The notes beneath the pieces are model-generated. The model saw only the letters and a list, made by a program, of their open reading frames with translations. It made no database searches and was not told the DNA's origin. From Centroscyllium fabricii (lineage: Eukaryota), in the NCBI GenBank assembly GCA_051313645.2, contig JBNRSN020000007.1:56358001-56422000 (forward strand): a stretch of DNA of 64,000 bases. The letters run 5' to 3'. Below are positions 1-11,567 of the stretch, piece by piece. Positions within the stretch are counted from its first letter, which is position 1; each line of letters opens with the position of its first letter. Position numbers and translations under genes: made by a program.

Positions 1-500
1 TTAATTTGGACCAAATTCCTCCTTATCTTGCTGAGCTTTGTTTTTTTCAGTCCAGTGTCCTTATTTTTTTGACTTTTTATTTACCTTTTCCAATCTTGCA
101 TGGAACCTAACCATATTGTCGCCGATTGTTCCCCCACATTTGCTTCAATTTTTTTTTGCCCTACTTAATTTCCCATAGTTAATTTAATGCGTTTCTTGTT
201 GGATGAGAAACCTACTGATCTAGGAAGCGGTCCTGGATGCAGTCTTAAAAAAACATTTTGACGACCTGCAATACCATTATTCCAGTTCATCGTGGGATAG
301 TTAAAATCATCCTATATTATTGCCCCGTTGTTGTTGCATATCTCTGAACTGTCAGCAGATCTCCTCTTACTCATGGTGGCCTGTAATTGCACACTGAAAA
401 TTGTAATGATTCCCTTTTTAATGTTAAACTTTGTTTATATGGATTTCGCCTTAACGTAACCCACATGATGTCCTTGAGTTCTTGCATTGTGATGGAATTA

Positions 501-896
501 CATAGAAACATAGAAGATAGGAGCAGGAGTAGGCCATTCGGTCCTTTGAGCCTGCTCCGCCATTCGATGAGATCATGGCTGATCATCCAAACCCAGTACC
601 CCGCCCCTGCCCCCTCCCCATATCACTCGATCCCTATCGAGCCTGCACCGACACATATCCCACCCTATCCCCGTAACCCCACATATTTAATCCCCCTAAC
701 ACTAAGGGTCAATTTATCCTGGCCAATCAACCTAACCCGCACATCTTTGGACTGTGGGAGGAAACCGGAGCACCCGGAGGAAACCCACGCAGACACTGGG
801 AGAATGTGCAAACTCCACACAGATAGTCACCCGAGGCTGGATTTGAACCCAGGGCTCTAGTGCTGTAAGGTAACAGTGCTAGCCACCGTGCCGCCC
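501..896 (-). mobile_element. tRNA-derived V-SINE (HE1-like) with a CR1-type 3' tail; duplicate at 19451..19846
   Basis: On the minus strand: tRNA-like head with A/B boxes (GGCACGGTGGCTAGCACTG...GGTTCAAATCC), V-domain TGTGGAGTTTGCACATTCTCCC...GGTTTCCTCCCACAGTCCAAAGA, and a (TTCTATGT)n tail. Confidence 0.88.
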
Positions 897-1193
897 ACCA
901 TATTCATTAAGAACCATACCCATGTCTTCCACCTCCACACGCAGGTTGCCTTTTTGGTCTCTAATGGACCCTACTCTTTCCTTAGTTATCCTCTTGCCCC
1001 TTGATTTTTCTTGCCAATATTTTTTCATTACCTCTATTTGCTTTCCTAATTTCCTCTTTAATTTCCCCCTGTACTTTCTGTACTCCTCTAGGCTTTCTGC
1101 AGTATTTAGCTCTCGGTATCTGACATAAGCTTCCCTTTTTTGCCTTACCCTACCCTGTATGCCCCAATTCTCTACCTCACCCCCTTTTTTCCA

Positions 1194-1378
1194 TGATGTG
1201 GAGGTGCCGGTGTTGGGACTGGGGTGGACAAATGCAAGAAGTCACACAACACCAGGTTATAGTCCAACAGCTTTATTTTAAATCACAAGCTTTCGGAGCG
1301 CAGCTCCTTCATCAGGTGAAGTGTCGAGATTCATTTAAACATCGCATATATACAGAGAGAGAGAACAATGTGGTCTCT
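1194..1378 (-). mobile_element. Short Penelope-type hammerhead-bearing insert (ribozyme at 1283..1319); duplicate at 20144..20328
   Basis: 12-bp TSD CCCTTTTTTCCA; minus strand reads TCAC-CTGATGA-AGGAGCTGCGCTCC-GAAAGCTT-GTGA. Confidence 0.8.
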
Positions 1379-1921
1379 CCCTTTTTTCCACTTCTCTCTC
1401 TGTCCTGAAAATGATATAACCAGGAATATTAATTCCTGTTCCTGTCCAAATCTATAATGCTGCAATTATAGCTAGTATTTTATATCTCCATGGCCATTAA
1501 CATTCAATCTCTCCAGTTTTGTTTTGAATGCCTTGTGTGTTTACATACATAGCACTCAATCTTGACTCCAATATTTGTAATGTTCATTCTTATTATTTTT
1601 CATAGCTTTCTAGCTTGATATCCATTGCTCCTTCTACAGCAGTGTTTTTACCTCATTAGCTTTTTTCTTTGGTATAATATTTTCTTGCTTTGTTTCAGCC
1701 AAGCCTCCTCCTTTATTAATCATGCTGTTGCTCTCAAGTCTCAAATCTAAACTTTCCCAGCCGAATAACAACACTGAAATAGTACTCCACTCTGATCTAA
1801 TGTAGTCCTCTTTCAGTCTTGGTCAATTAATGATGTTCCTCCCCCCCCCTCACCCACCCCACCCCTACCATCCCTCAAAAATATAGAAAAAACTTTTAGA
1901 ATGCATTGTTCTTTTTTCCAG

Positions 1922-2087
1922 GGATATTTTGAATACAAAGGAATTGGTCGTGGCACAGGCTGGGTCAAGTCAGTCCTTCCAGGAATTTTGCAATGCTACT
2001 TGCCTATCACTTTATGAGGCTAAGCTGCTTAAACCAACTTCATCAGATGATTCCTCAAGATGCAGTATCTGCAATAAGAAAGGAAAG
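1922..2087 (+). pseudogene. ZMYM3: Duplicate copy of ZMYM3 exon 20873..21038 (probably an assembly duplicate)
   Basis: Identical except one synonymous TCA/TCG change; lies out of exon order, upstream of the N gap. Confidence 0.85.
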
Positions 2088-3242
2088 GTGAGAGTGACCA
2101 GGTGGAAAATTTCCCAATTGTGCAAGTGTGTTTTTTAAATAATATTTCTGATGCATGAGGTCACAGCACAAGAGCAGATTCTTATTTCTTTTAAACACAT
2201 ATTTTCCTTTCTACCATCTCTCCCTTAAGTTACACATCCTAATTTCTAATGAAGGTGGAGAATTACTCTTAAGACGAGGAACCTTCAGAAGGAATTGGTG
2301 CTGTTTATACTTGCTTTGCATTTGTGGAGGCATGCACACTAACATTTTCAAGCAAATCATTTTTACACATGCGTACAAGTGGAATCTCAACAGTGGCCTG
2401 GCTGAGGAAATGTTACTTGAACCCTGAGTAGTTGAGGTGCTACAGTTGACCTGGGCATAGTGAGTGTGGAGGAATATCCAGGATTCCCATTCTTGATGGT
2501 TACATTGGACATTTTAATGCTTTTAACTTTATACCAGCTGTTGATGTGAATGTCGTTCATGGTCCAGTAGCCTGTTGACATTTGTGGTCTCGGCTAATCT
2601 GGCCACGAGTAAGGGATGCAAGACTTGCTGGTACCAGTGTAATACTATCCCAGCAAAGGTTGTATGTTCGGGAGAACATTTTTGGAGGCAAAGTACAATG
2701 TGAAGCCGCATGCAACATCCCAGCACCAGGGGATTTAGTTCCTGTTGGTGATGAAATCTTTGCTGAGCAGCGCCACCAGCAGGAGCTAAGTTTTCTATAC
2801 ATGCATTATGCAAGGAAGCTAAACTGGGCTGGATCAAAACGTGCTCATTTTGGCTGCATGCTCTTGGCCTCTTCCCTGCCCCCTGCCCATTCATCCTCCT
2901 CTTCTGTGTCCCCAGTCTACAGCATGTATGCTAAATGTTACTGCATATGTTGGATTAATTTAACACTGCGGAAGGCATTGTACTCCCCCCCCCCCCCCCC
3001 CCCCCCCCAAAGTAATCGTTACGTTTTTGGTTTTTTGAATATTATGCCTGGATTCCACATCATTGACCACTCCTATAATTGGTCTCTTATGGTTCGGAGT
3101 GTTCCTTTACCTGCCTGATACTTGGGTTAGTGATAGCGAGACTCAGGATTGAACAAAAGAACAGTTGCCACTGCGTCCCTGCTTAATGGACTATACCACG
3201 GACCACACTTGATTCTGCTCTCTTCAGTCGGCAGATTGATTA

Positions 3243-3644
3243 CATAGAAACATAGAAACTAGGAGCAGGAGTAGGCCATTCAGCCCTTCGAGCCTGCTCC
3301 GCCATTCAACGAGATCATGGCTGATCATCCAAACCCAGTACCCCGCCCCTGCCCTCTCCCCATATCACTCGATCCCTATCGAGCCTGCACTGACACATAT
3401 CCCACCCTATCCCCGTAACCCTACATATTCAATCCCCTAACACTAAGGGTCAATTTATCATGGCCAATCAACCTAACCCGCACATCTTTGGACTGTGGGA
3501 GGAACCCGGAGCACCCGGAGGAAACCCACGCAGACAGGGGAGAATGTGCAAACTCCACACAGATAGTACCCGAGGCTGGACTTGAACCCGGGTCTCCAGT
3601 GCTGTGAGACAACAGTGCTAACCACTGTGCCACCGTGCCGCCCC
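3243..3644 (-). mobile_element. Full-length HE1-like V-SINE; duplicate at 22185..22589
   Basis: Same architecture; attaca repeated at both junctions. Confidence 0.88.
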
Positions 3645-4935
3645 ATTACAGATGGGGGTTCAGGCTATAAACCTCAGACAATGTATTTCAATATAAATGG
3701 AGCAGGTAAATAAACAGCATTCAGTGAAAATTTGTATTTACAGAAATGTACAGACTTTGTGAAATTTCACAAATATCCAAGACAATGAAGACTCCTCTCC
3801 CAGGGCACATTGAACCTTGAATGGATGTTCACTTCTTGCATGCAAAACACCACTACTGAGTCACAGACTTGGCACGTGCCCTCTTACAAATTTCTGAGGC
3901 AAATTGTGTACAGAAGTGTCATTCCAAATTCCTTTGAAATTGTGCTGAAACATTTTTATTCACACAAACCTGCATTTCCCTTAATTATATCAGATGCTTA
4001 GCCAGCCTTTGTCACTTATAAAAGATGTTTATTCCCCATTTTGAAAATCTGATCGTTCGAACTTAACATTTCGTCCATGCAGTCATCAAAGAAAGAAACT
4101 CTAGCGCCTTTCACAACGCCGGGGACGTCTCAAAAGTGCTTTACAACTAATCAAGTACTTTTCAAGTGCAGTCACTGTTGTAATATAGGAAACGTGGCAT
4201 TCAACAAGCTCCCACAAACAGCAATGAGATAATGACCAGATGATCTGTTTTGGTGATGTTGGTTGAGGGATAAATATTGGAAAGGATGCTAGGACTCCCC
4301 TGCTCCTCTTCGAATAATGTCGTGGAATCTTTTAACGCCCAGCTGAGATGGCAGATGCCTTTGGTTAGTCAGCAATCAAGCTTGTTAATTGACTTTGCCT
4401 GCCACACTCAAATATGTACTTTCTGTGTCTTGCATAAGCATAATTAATCCTGTGTGTACTGTTATTAAGGAATTGAAATCAATTTCTTTGATCTTTGAGA
4501 TCTTTGTAGTGTGAAAGAAACTTATTTATTTGTGGAATGTTAATTTAACTTGAAGCTATTCTGAGCCTGCTGCTTGATTGTTGCCACCCAATCTAGTAAA
4601 TTTAAGCTCCTCAATGACAATCTTGTTCTCACTTTTTACCATTATTGGTAACACTGGTGGAGATGGTGTGTGTGTGTGTTGCAGCAATGCAACACGTTTG
4701 CATGCCTGCCATTTGCGTCCTTCAGCATGCCAGTACAATTCTCAAAGGCAAAATCCTCTCTGGAATCCAGTGTGGTCTGGATGAGTTGGCAATGTCGAGG
4801 TCCTGAGCACGTGAATGGCAAGTGGTGCTCGAGGCTGCAGATAATGAAGAGGTGGGCTACAACTGCTTCCCTCCCTCAAGTTTGTATTACATATTCACAT
4901 AATGTTGCATAAAACTATTATACTGTTCCCTCTAG

Positions 4936-5147
4936 ATTCTACATGAAGTCAGTAATGGAAATGTGGTCCATCGGTGTGCAGCAACGCCTGTTTCAGCAAG
5001 TTCAGAGCAAGTAATGGCCTGAAGACCAACTGTTGTGATAATTGCGGGGTTTATTTTTACAACCGAGGGTTTATGCTTCAGTACCTCTATCATGAAGGGC
5101 AACAAAGGAGGTTTTGCAACACAGGCTGTTTGAATATGTATAAAAAG
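4936..5147 (+). pseudogene. ZMYM3: Duplicate copy of ZMYM3 exon 23884..24096 with a 1-nt deletion (frameshift)
   Basis: CATCGGTGTGC here versus CATCGGCTGTGC in the other copy; 212 versus 213 nt. Confidence 0.85.
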
Positions 5148-6939
5148 GTAAATTTATTTGTTGTAGTTTTTTTTCCACTCCCCACATCCCTCATTTAAAA
5201 AAAAGCTTATTTTCCTGTGTCTCTTTCTGTACCAAATTCTTTTTCTCACTTGGGCAGCAGGCAGGCAAGTGACTGCTCCCAGGCTTCAGTGGCGGTCAGC
5301 AACCAACAACTTGGCGTTGCAGAAGGGAAGACTTGCATTTATGTAGTACTTTTTCATATGAACGTTTCAAAACATTTCACACAGTAAGTTACTTTCGGGG
5401 TGAACAAAATCCCACAACGGCAATGAATTAAATTCCAGTTAATCTGTTTTGGTGGTGTTGCTTGAGACGGGAAGCCAAGACATCGTGAAATTCCTGCTCT
5501 TCAAATACGACCACGGAAACGAGTGTTGGCGTGGGGCTTGAACCCACAACATTTTGACCCATGCTGACTCTTGAACACTCCGGGCATGATTTGCCCAGAT
5601 TTTGTTCGTCTTCCACTCCTCCCTTACTGAGCAAGTGTAACTGGTAGAAGTGTCACCTGTAATAATGGAAAAAGAAAGGCCAGTCAGCATTGGAAGGGAG
5701 AAAAAGTAAGCACCTATAATTTGGATTATAGGTTTTAGTAAAGGTTAATGGTGGGCATTACCCCGAGGTTGTAAAATACAGTAAAACCTCATCCTATCAA
5801 TTATTCAAACCAGGACAATCAACCAACTGTACTGCTTGGCTGGTGGTGCTGTTGCATATGAGCCCTTGGTATCCGGTGATAGGTGCGGTCTTGAATACTT
5901 GCAGGCCTTTTCCTCACAGCGTTAGCTGTTCAAGTATAAATTAGTACATTTTATTTTCATTTGTGGTGACGTCCCAATCATGGAAATGAGCACAGGCAGC
6001 AAAAAAACAAGAGTTGGGTTCAAACTTCCTGCCGTTCTAAAAATGTGAATTTTATTTCTGGGGCTTGATTGCAAATCGCTCTAATACTTCCTCTTGACTT
6101 CTGCAGCGGGTTGGGGGGGGGGGGGGGGTCAATTTCACACTAATGTGGCCAGAGTGCTGTCGGGTTTTTCACCTCCATGAGTATAAAACAGACTCTCTCT
6201 CAACTTGCAGCAAGAACCTATCGTTGCACACCACCTTATGCACAACATGGTTAGGCCAGTCTGCTTTGAGCCGAGTGAATTGTGCACAACTTGCAAGGGT
6301 TGGTGCCCCACTGTCTTTTCATTTGGTTGCATATTAATATGTTCAGTTGCTCTAGTTTGTCTTGACTGAATTAAAAAAATACTTCCCCCCGCCCCCCCCC
6401 CCCCACAATCCTCTGCCATCCTACTTTGCTACTGTCCCAGGCTTGAATCTCCTGGAAGGGCCCATCGAGGCACCAATGTGAATGCTTTACAAGCAGCAAT
6501 CCCAATGACCTGTCCTCTTTTGTTTACCTTTCCGTCCAGTGTAGCTGCTGAGAGTGAAGCTTACCCATCCGCCTGCCACTGCCCCCTTCGACTCTACACG
6601 CTGCCCTTCGGTGATGTCATCGAAGACACAACATCAAGTTGCACATGTACGCTGGGTGCACCCAGCTTCACCTCACCACCACCGTTTGACCCCCTCCACT
6701 GGCTGTGTTGTCGGACTGCTTGTCCAACATCCAGTCTTGGATGAGCCACAATTTCTTCCGATTAAACATTGGGCAGACCGAAGTCATTGTCTTCAGGCCT
6801 ACCACAAACTTTGTTCCCTTGCCATTGATTCCAACCCTCCCTGGCCGCTGCCTCAGGCTGAACTAGACTGCTGCAATCTCGGCTTCCTATTTGATCCCGA
6901 GCTGAGCTTCAGAACCGATATCCTTTCCATCACAAAAGA

Positions 6940-7139
6940 NNNNNNNNNNNNNNNNNNNNNNNNNNNNNNNNNNNNNNNNNNNNNNNNNNNNNNNNNNNNN
7001 NNNNNNNNNNNNNNNNNNNNNNNNNNNNNNNNNNNNNNNNNNNNNNNNNNNNNNNNNNNNNNNNNNNNNNNNNNNNNNNNNNNNNNNNNNNNNNNNNNNN
7101 NNNNNNNNNNNNNNNNNNNNNNNNNNNNNNNNNNNNNNN
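6940..7139. other. Assembly gap (200 N)
   Basis: Run of exactly 200 N. Confidence 0.99.
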
Positions 7140-8859
7140 TGCACATACTCATGTTGCACGTATTTGGTTGTGTGTCTATGAAATGGAAAATGGTCCATTC
7201 CGATCACTAGCATCCATAACTTTAATGAGTACAAAATTTATATTAACAAACCTCTTACATAAAACAACCCTTGAAGATACTGACTTGGCATAAGAATAAA
7301 AGAAAAAGGGTGACTCAAACGTGGCTAACAAGGGAAATTAGCATAAGATCCAAGGAGAGGGCATATAAATTGGCCAGAAAAAGCGGTAACCCTGAGGATT
7401 GGGAGCAGTTTAGGATTCAACAAAGGGATTAATTAAGAAGGGGAAAATAGAATATGAAAGTAAGCTTTCAGGGAACATAAAAACTGATGAGCTTTTATAG
7501 ATTCGTGAAGAGAAAAAGAGTAGTGAAATCAAGTGTAGGTCCCTTGCAGTCAGAAGCAGGAGAAGTTATAATGGGGAACAAAGAAATGGCAGACCAATGA
7601 AATGCATATTTTGGTTCTGTCTTCAAAAAGGAGGATACAAATAACCTCCCAGAGATGTTGGAGAACATAGGGTCTGATGAAAGGGAGGAACTGAAAGAAA
7701 TTAGTATTTGCAGGGAAATGGTGTTCGGGAAACTGACTGGATTAAAGGCCGATAAGTCCCCAGGGCCGGATAATCTACATCCTACGGTACTTAAGGAAGT
7801 GGCCCTAGAAATAGTAGATGCATTACTGATCATCTTTCAACATTTGCTGGAATCTGGAACTGTACCCATGGATTGGAGGGTGGCTAATGGTACCCCACTA
7901 TTCAAAAAGGGTGGTAGAGAGAAAGCGGGTGATTACAGACATCGGTCGTGGGGAAAATGCTAGAGTCCATTGTAAAGGATGTAATAGCTGAGCACTTGGA
8001 AAACAGTGACAGGATCGGACAAAGTCAACATGGATTTATTTACAAAAGGTAAATCGTGCTTGACTAATCTACTGGAGCTTTTCGAGGATATAACGGGGAA
8101 AATAGATGAGGGAGAACCAGTAGATGTGGTGTATTTGGACTTTCAAAAGGCTTTCGATAAGGTCCCGCATAAGAGATTAGTGTGTCAAGTTAAGGCACAT
8201 GGGATTGGGGGAAAGGTATTGACTTGGATAGAAAACTGGTTGACGGACAGAAAGCAGAGAGTAGGAATTAACGGGTCTTTTTCCGAGTGGCAGGCAGTGA
8301 CTAGTGGGGTACTGCAGGGATTGGTGCTAGGACCCCAGCTATTCGCGATATATATTAATGATCTAGATAAGGGAACTAGTTCTAATATCTCCAAGTTTGC
8401 AGACAACACAAAGCTGGGTGGGCGTGTGTGCTGCGAGGAGGATACCGAGAATCTCCTGGATGATTTGGACAGGTTGGGTGATTGGGCAGAAGCGTGGGCA
8501 GATGCAATATAACGTGGATAAATGCGAGGTTATCCACTTTGGTGTCAAAAACAGAAAGGCAGACTTTTATCTGAATGGAAATAGATTGGGAGACGGGGGA
8601 AGTGCAACGAGACCTGGGTGTCCTTGTGCACCAGTCGTTGAAGATAAGCATGCAGGTGCAGCAGGCGGTGAAGAAGGCTAATGGTATGTTGGCCTTCATA
8701 GTGAAATGGTTTAAGTACAGGAACAAGGATGTCTTGCTGCAGTTGTACAGGGCCTTGGTGAGACCACACCTTAATGTGGAGGTGCCGGTGTTGGACTGGG
8801 GTGGACAAATGCAAAAAGTCACACAACACCAGTTTTATAGTCCAACGTTTTATTTTAAA

Positions 8860-8896
8860 TCACAAGCTTTCGGAGCGCTGCTCCTTCCTCAGGTGA
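8860..8896 (-). ncRNA. Minimal type I hammerhead ribozyme motif
   Basis: Exact reverse complement of 9272..9308. Confidence 0.75.
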
Positions 8897-9271
8897 CAGA
8901 CAGAAGAGACTGATTTAAAGATCACACATATCGGAGGAAGGGAGAAATCCGACCTCTTCCCCATGAGCACACAAGCAATTTTGAGTAAGAAAAATCATGG
9001 TTTTTATAAAAAAAGTAATACTGTGGGACTTACAGCAGACTAGCGTTAGGCCCTGTGACTGCACCCCTTTGATGTGTTTTTTTTTGCTTTAAAAAGGGGG
9101 AAAAAAATCATTCTGTGTGTTTTGAGCATGTGACCACCCTTGCAATTGTGCCCCATTGTTCGCAGATTGAGGTGTTAAGGTATGCTAATATGCTTGTGTG
9201 CTCTAGGGGAAGAGGTCGGATTTCTCCCTTCCTCCGATATGTGTGATCTTTAAATCAGTCTCTTCTGTCTG

Positions 9272-9308
9272 TCACCTGAGGAAGGAGCAGCGCTCCGAAA
9301 GCTTGTGA
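9272..9308 (+). ncRNA. Minimal type I hammerhead ribozyme motif
   Basis: TCAC-CTGAGGA-A-GGAGC(AGC)GCTCC-GAAA-GC-TT-GTGA: stem I, conserved core, stem II and palindromic stem III. Confidence 0.75.
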
Positions 9309-9472
9309 TTTAAAATAAAACGTTGGACTATAAACCTGGTGTTGTGTGACTTTTTGCATTTGACCACACCTTGAGTATTGTGTGCAGTTTTGGTCGCCTT
9401 ATCTGAGGCAGGATGTTCTTGCCATGGAAGGCGTTTAGCGAAGGTTCACAAGGCTGATACCTGGGATGGCAG

Positions 9473-9865
9473 GATATTATTAGACTGCCGGGGGGGTGGT
9501 GCTGGTGGAGATTATTAGACTGGTGGGGGGGGGGGGTGTGCAGGCGGAGTTTTTTAGACTGACCGGCAGCGGTGCTGTCTTCCGTCTGTGCCTCGTCTTC
9601 CGTCGGCGAATGATCGCCGCATGCGCCGATTCACTGGCCATGCCGCGGCCCGTCGGCAATTGATCTGCGCATGCGCCTATTCGCAGATCAATTGCCGACG
9701 GTCCGCGGCAGGGTCTGTGAATCGGCGCATGCGCCGATCATTCGCCGACGGTCCGCGGCAGGGTCTGTGAATCGGCGCATGCGCGGATTCTCAGAACTTC
9801 CGCGGACCGGTAAAACTGTCCCGCGGACCGGTGCCGGTCCGCGGACCGGCGGTTGGGGAACACTG
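9473..9865 (+). mobile_element. Right end of a hAT-Charlie (MER1-like) MITE with internal tandem repeats
   Basis: GCGGACCGG...GGTTGGGGAACACTG terminus followed by GTGTACAG (a hAT-type target); the left end is not seen. Confidence 0.55.
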
Positions 9866-10889
9866 GTGTACAGTACCACAGGCATGATCAGCCTTACAGT
9901 ATCATCCAAATAATGATCCATGTGTAAGCCTTGCTGGCGAGCTTTGGCAGGCTCTTTGACCATGGAGGACGGTACGCCTGAGCCTTATCCTGTCCTCCCT
10001 GACAGAATAACTGCAGGTGTTTATGGGATCAGGCTGCACAAGTTGGCCCCCATTGATTGCTCTTAACCCTGTCTCCCTGCCCTCTCGCCATATCCTTCAA
10101 TTCCCTTGTTTGCGATACATACATCTCTCTCATGAATTTGGACTGTTTGCTTCAATGGCTTTCCCTGATGATTTTAAATATGTCTTACAACTATTACACG
10201 TTAATGAATTGAAATAGGCTGCTGAGGGGAAGAATAACCTTTGTGTATACACTTATAACTTTTGAACAGTTAAATTTAATATAAAATGATATAATAAAAT
10301 TAAGAAGCTTGCCAAAAACCTGTGTATTGAAAGTTAAAATGAAAGGGAATAGTTTTTTACCCTATTCTCCCTTGTGAAATATTTCTGCATGTTTCCTAGA
10401 TTCTGAACTCTTAATCAATTTCACTGGATGGAATCCAAACCAGAACTCTGGCCATTTCCGCCGGCCCCTTTGCCATCACACTAAGCTATCATGCGAACAT
10501 CTGTCCTGTAAGCTTTTTTCCAGAGAGAGCGAGAACCTTTGGGTTCCTTCTTATCTTTTTAAGTCCATTGTCTCTAGTTTAAATTGCTAAGATCCCAGGA
10601 TTGGGTCTTGGTTTCATGGCAGTTCTTGATTGGCTTTCTTTTGAACATGTGTCTGTCTGCAGCGGCTGGTGCCATTTCTTGATTAAGTTGATTGTTAACA
10701 CCTTTTAATGGCTCCTGAGGTTCGATGGGTTTTTGATGCTGTCTCTGTGGGGGTTATCTTGTTATGCGGGTTTCTTTTGTTAAGTTTTGCCGTTGCTTTG
10801 AGCAGGGCGATCCACACACATCAAATTCATCTTTATTACATACATCTTGTATTAATAGTCTCGAGTCCATCACAGGTACAAAACATATA

Positions 10890-11420
10890 CAGGTTGTGCG
10901 CCGAAAATCCGTGTCCCGAATAGCCGGCAGCTTCAGTCTGCCGGCACAAATTGCCCAGACTGCACTGCGCATGCGCAAGATGGCCGCCACCATCGTGGCT
11001 TCGGCGAATGATCTGCGCATGCGCCGAGCGCATGCGCAGATCATTCAAAACAGCTGCAGGTGCTTTGAATGATCTGCGCATGCGTCGCCGGACGGTTAGC
11101 GCATGCGCAGATAATTCAATACGGCCGCCGGTTATTTTCCCGACAGCTGAGCCCCGTGACTGAGGCGGACAGTCACTAGGCAACAGCTGTCAGCCTGAGT
11201 CCGGCTCGGCGGCAGCAGCAACCCGAAAGGCGATGGAGAGGGAACGCGGACCCGTGCCCGATCTGCGCATGCGCGCGCCAGCCAATCCCAATATTGTGCG
11301 CATGCGCGCGGCCATTTTGAATGGTGCGCATGCGCAGTGTCCAACCTCGTTCTCCCGGTTTTTTCTGTTTCCCGGCACGGGCCTGGTCCCGCCCGTGGCG
11401 GATTAATGGTGCACAACCTG
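10890..11420 (+). mobile_element. Tigger/pogo-like MITE, CpG-rich
   Basis: TA|CAGGTTGTGC...GCACAACCTG|TA terminal inverted repeats (TIRs) with a TA TSD. Confidence 0.85.
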
Positions 11421-11493
11421 TATTTTTATTCTTACAGTCCCCAGTTCTATGCTGCAAGGTATAAACCTAATGTTTTTGTTTCTGCTTCATCAG

Positions 11494-11567
11494 TTAAAGT
11501 GGACAAATCGTCTTCCTGTGGAACTGATGCAGTTAGTAAAGATGCTGAAAAAACAGATAAAGATACG
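11494..11567 (+). CDS. ZMYM3: Probable ZMYM3 N-terminal-region exon ([25 protein letters not shown])
   Basis: tttgtttctgcttcatcag acceptor, ACG|gtattt donor, phase 1 to 0, joins the next exon in frame. The sequence is poorly conserved, so homology is not recognisable. Confidence 0.6.

Larger units (their letters stand above)
1..6939 (+). repeat. Near-identical direct duplicate of 18951..25899
   Basis: Collinear with offset about 18950-18960. Differences are mostly single-base indels plus a few substitutions, and the copy ends exactly at the N gap. Confidence 0.97.
8773..9361. mobile_element. Palindromic Penelope-like (pLTR-type) insert containing two inverted hammerhead ribozymes
   Basis: 11-bp TSD GACCACACCTT; about 170-bp inverted arms at 8806-8977 and 9191-9362. 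Confidence 0.85.
7295..9472 (+). mobile_element. CR1 LINE ORF2 fragment (reverse transcriptase), degenerate, interrupted at 8773..9361
   Basis: [37 protein letters not shown], GxVLGPQLF and SKFADxTKL motifs, with frameshifts. Confidence 0.93.

Noticed and set aside
2582-3118. 178-aa ORF with a polyproline stretch
   Set aside because: The frame is not conserved in the duplicate copy (21533-21886), the prolines come from a poly-C run, and there is no recognisable homology.
3560-3644. tRNA-like sequence with A/B boxes
   Set aside because: It is the head of a V-SINE, continuing into the V-domain and CR1 tail, not a tRNA gene. The same holds for the other copies.
1922-5147. A second ZMYM paralog or true exon duplication
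   Set aside because: The introns are near-identical, the copy ends at a scaffold gap and the differences are mostly indels, which fits an assembly duplicate better (kept as a finding to verify).
6554-7234. ORFs of up to 218 aa
   Set aside because: They read through the 200-N gap and L2 debris.
7655-8913. Reverse transcriptase ORFs as an active retroelement, retron or host gene
   Set aside because: These are frameshifted, 5'-truncated CR1 fragments; no intact ORF2 exists anywhere in the window.
9654-9790. Regularly spaced palindromic repeats resembling a CRISPR array
   Set aside because: The apparent spacers are themselves repeated (a tandem minisatellite), there are no cas genes, and the context is a vertebrate intron.
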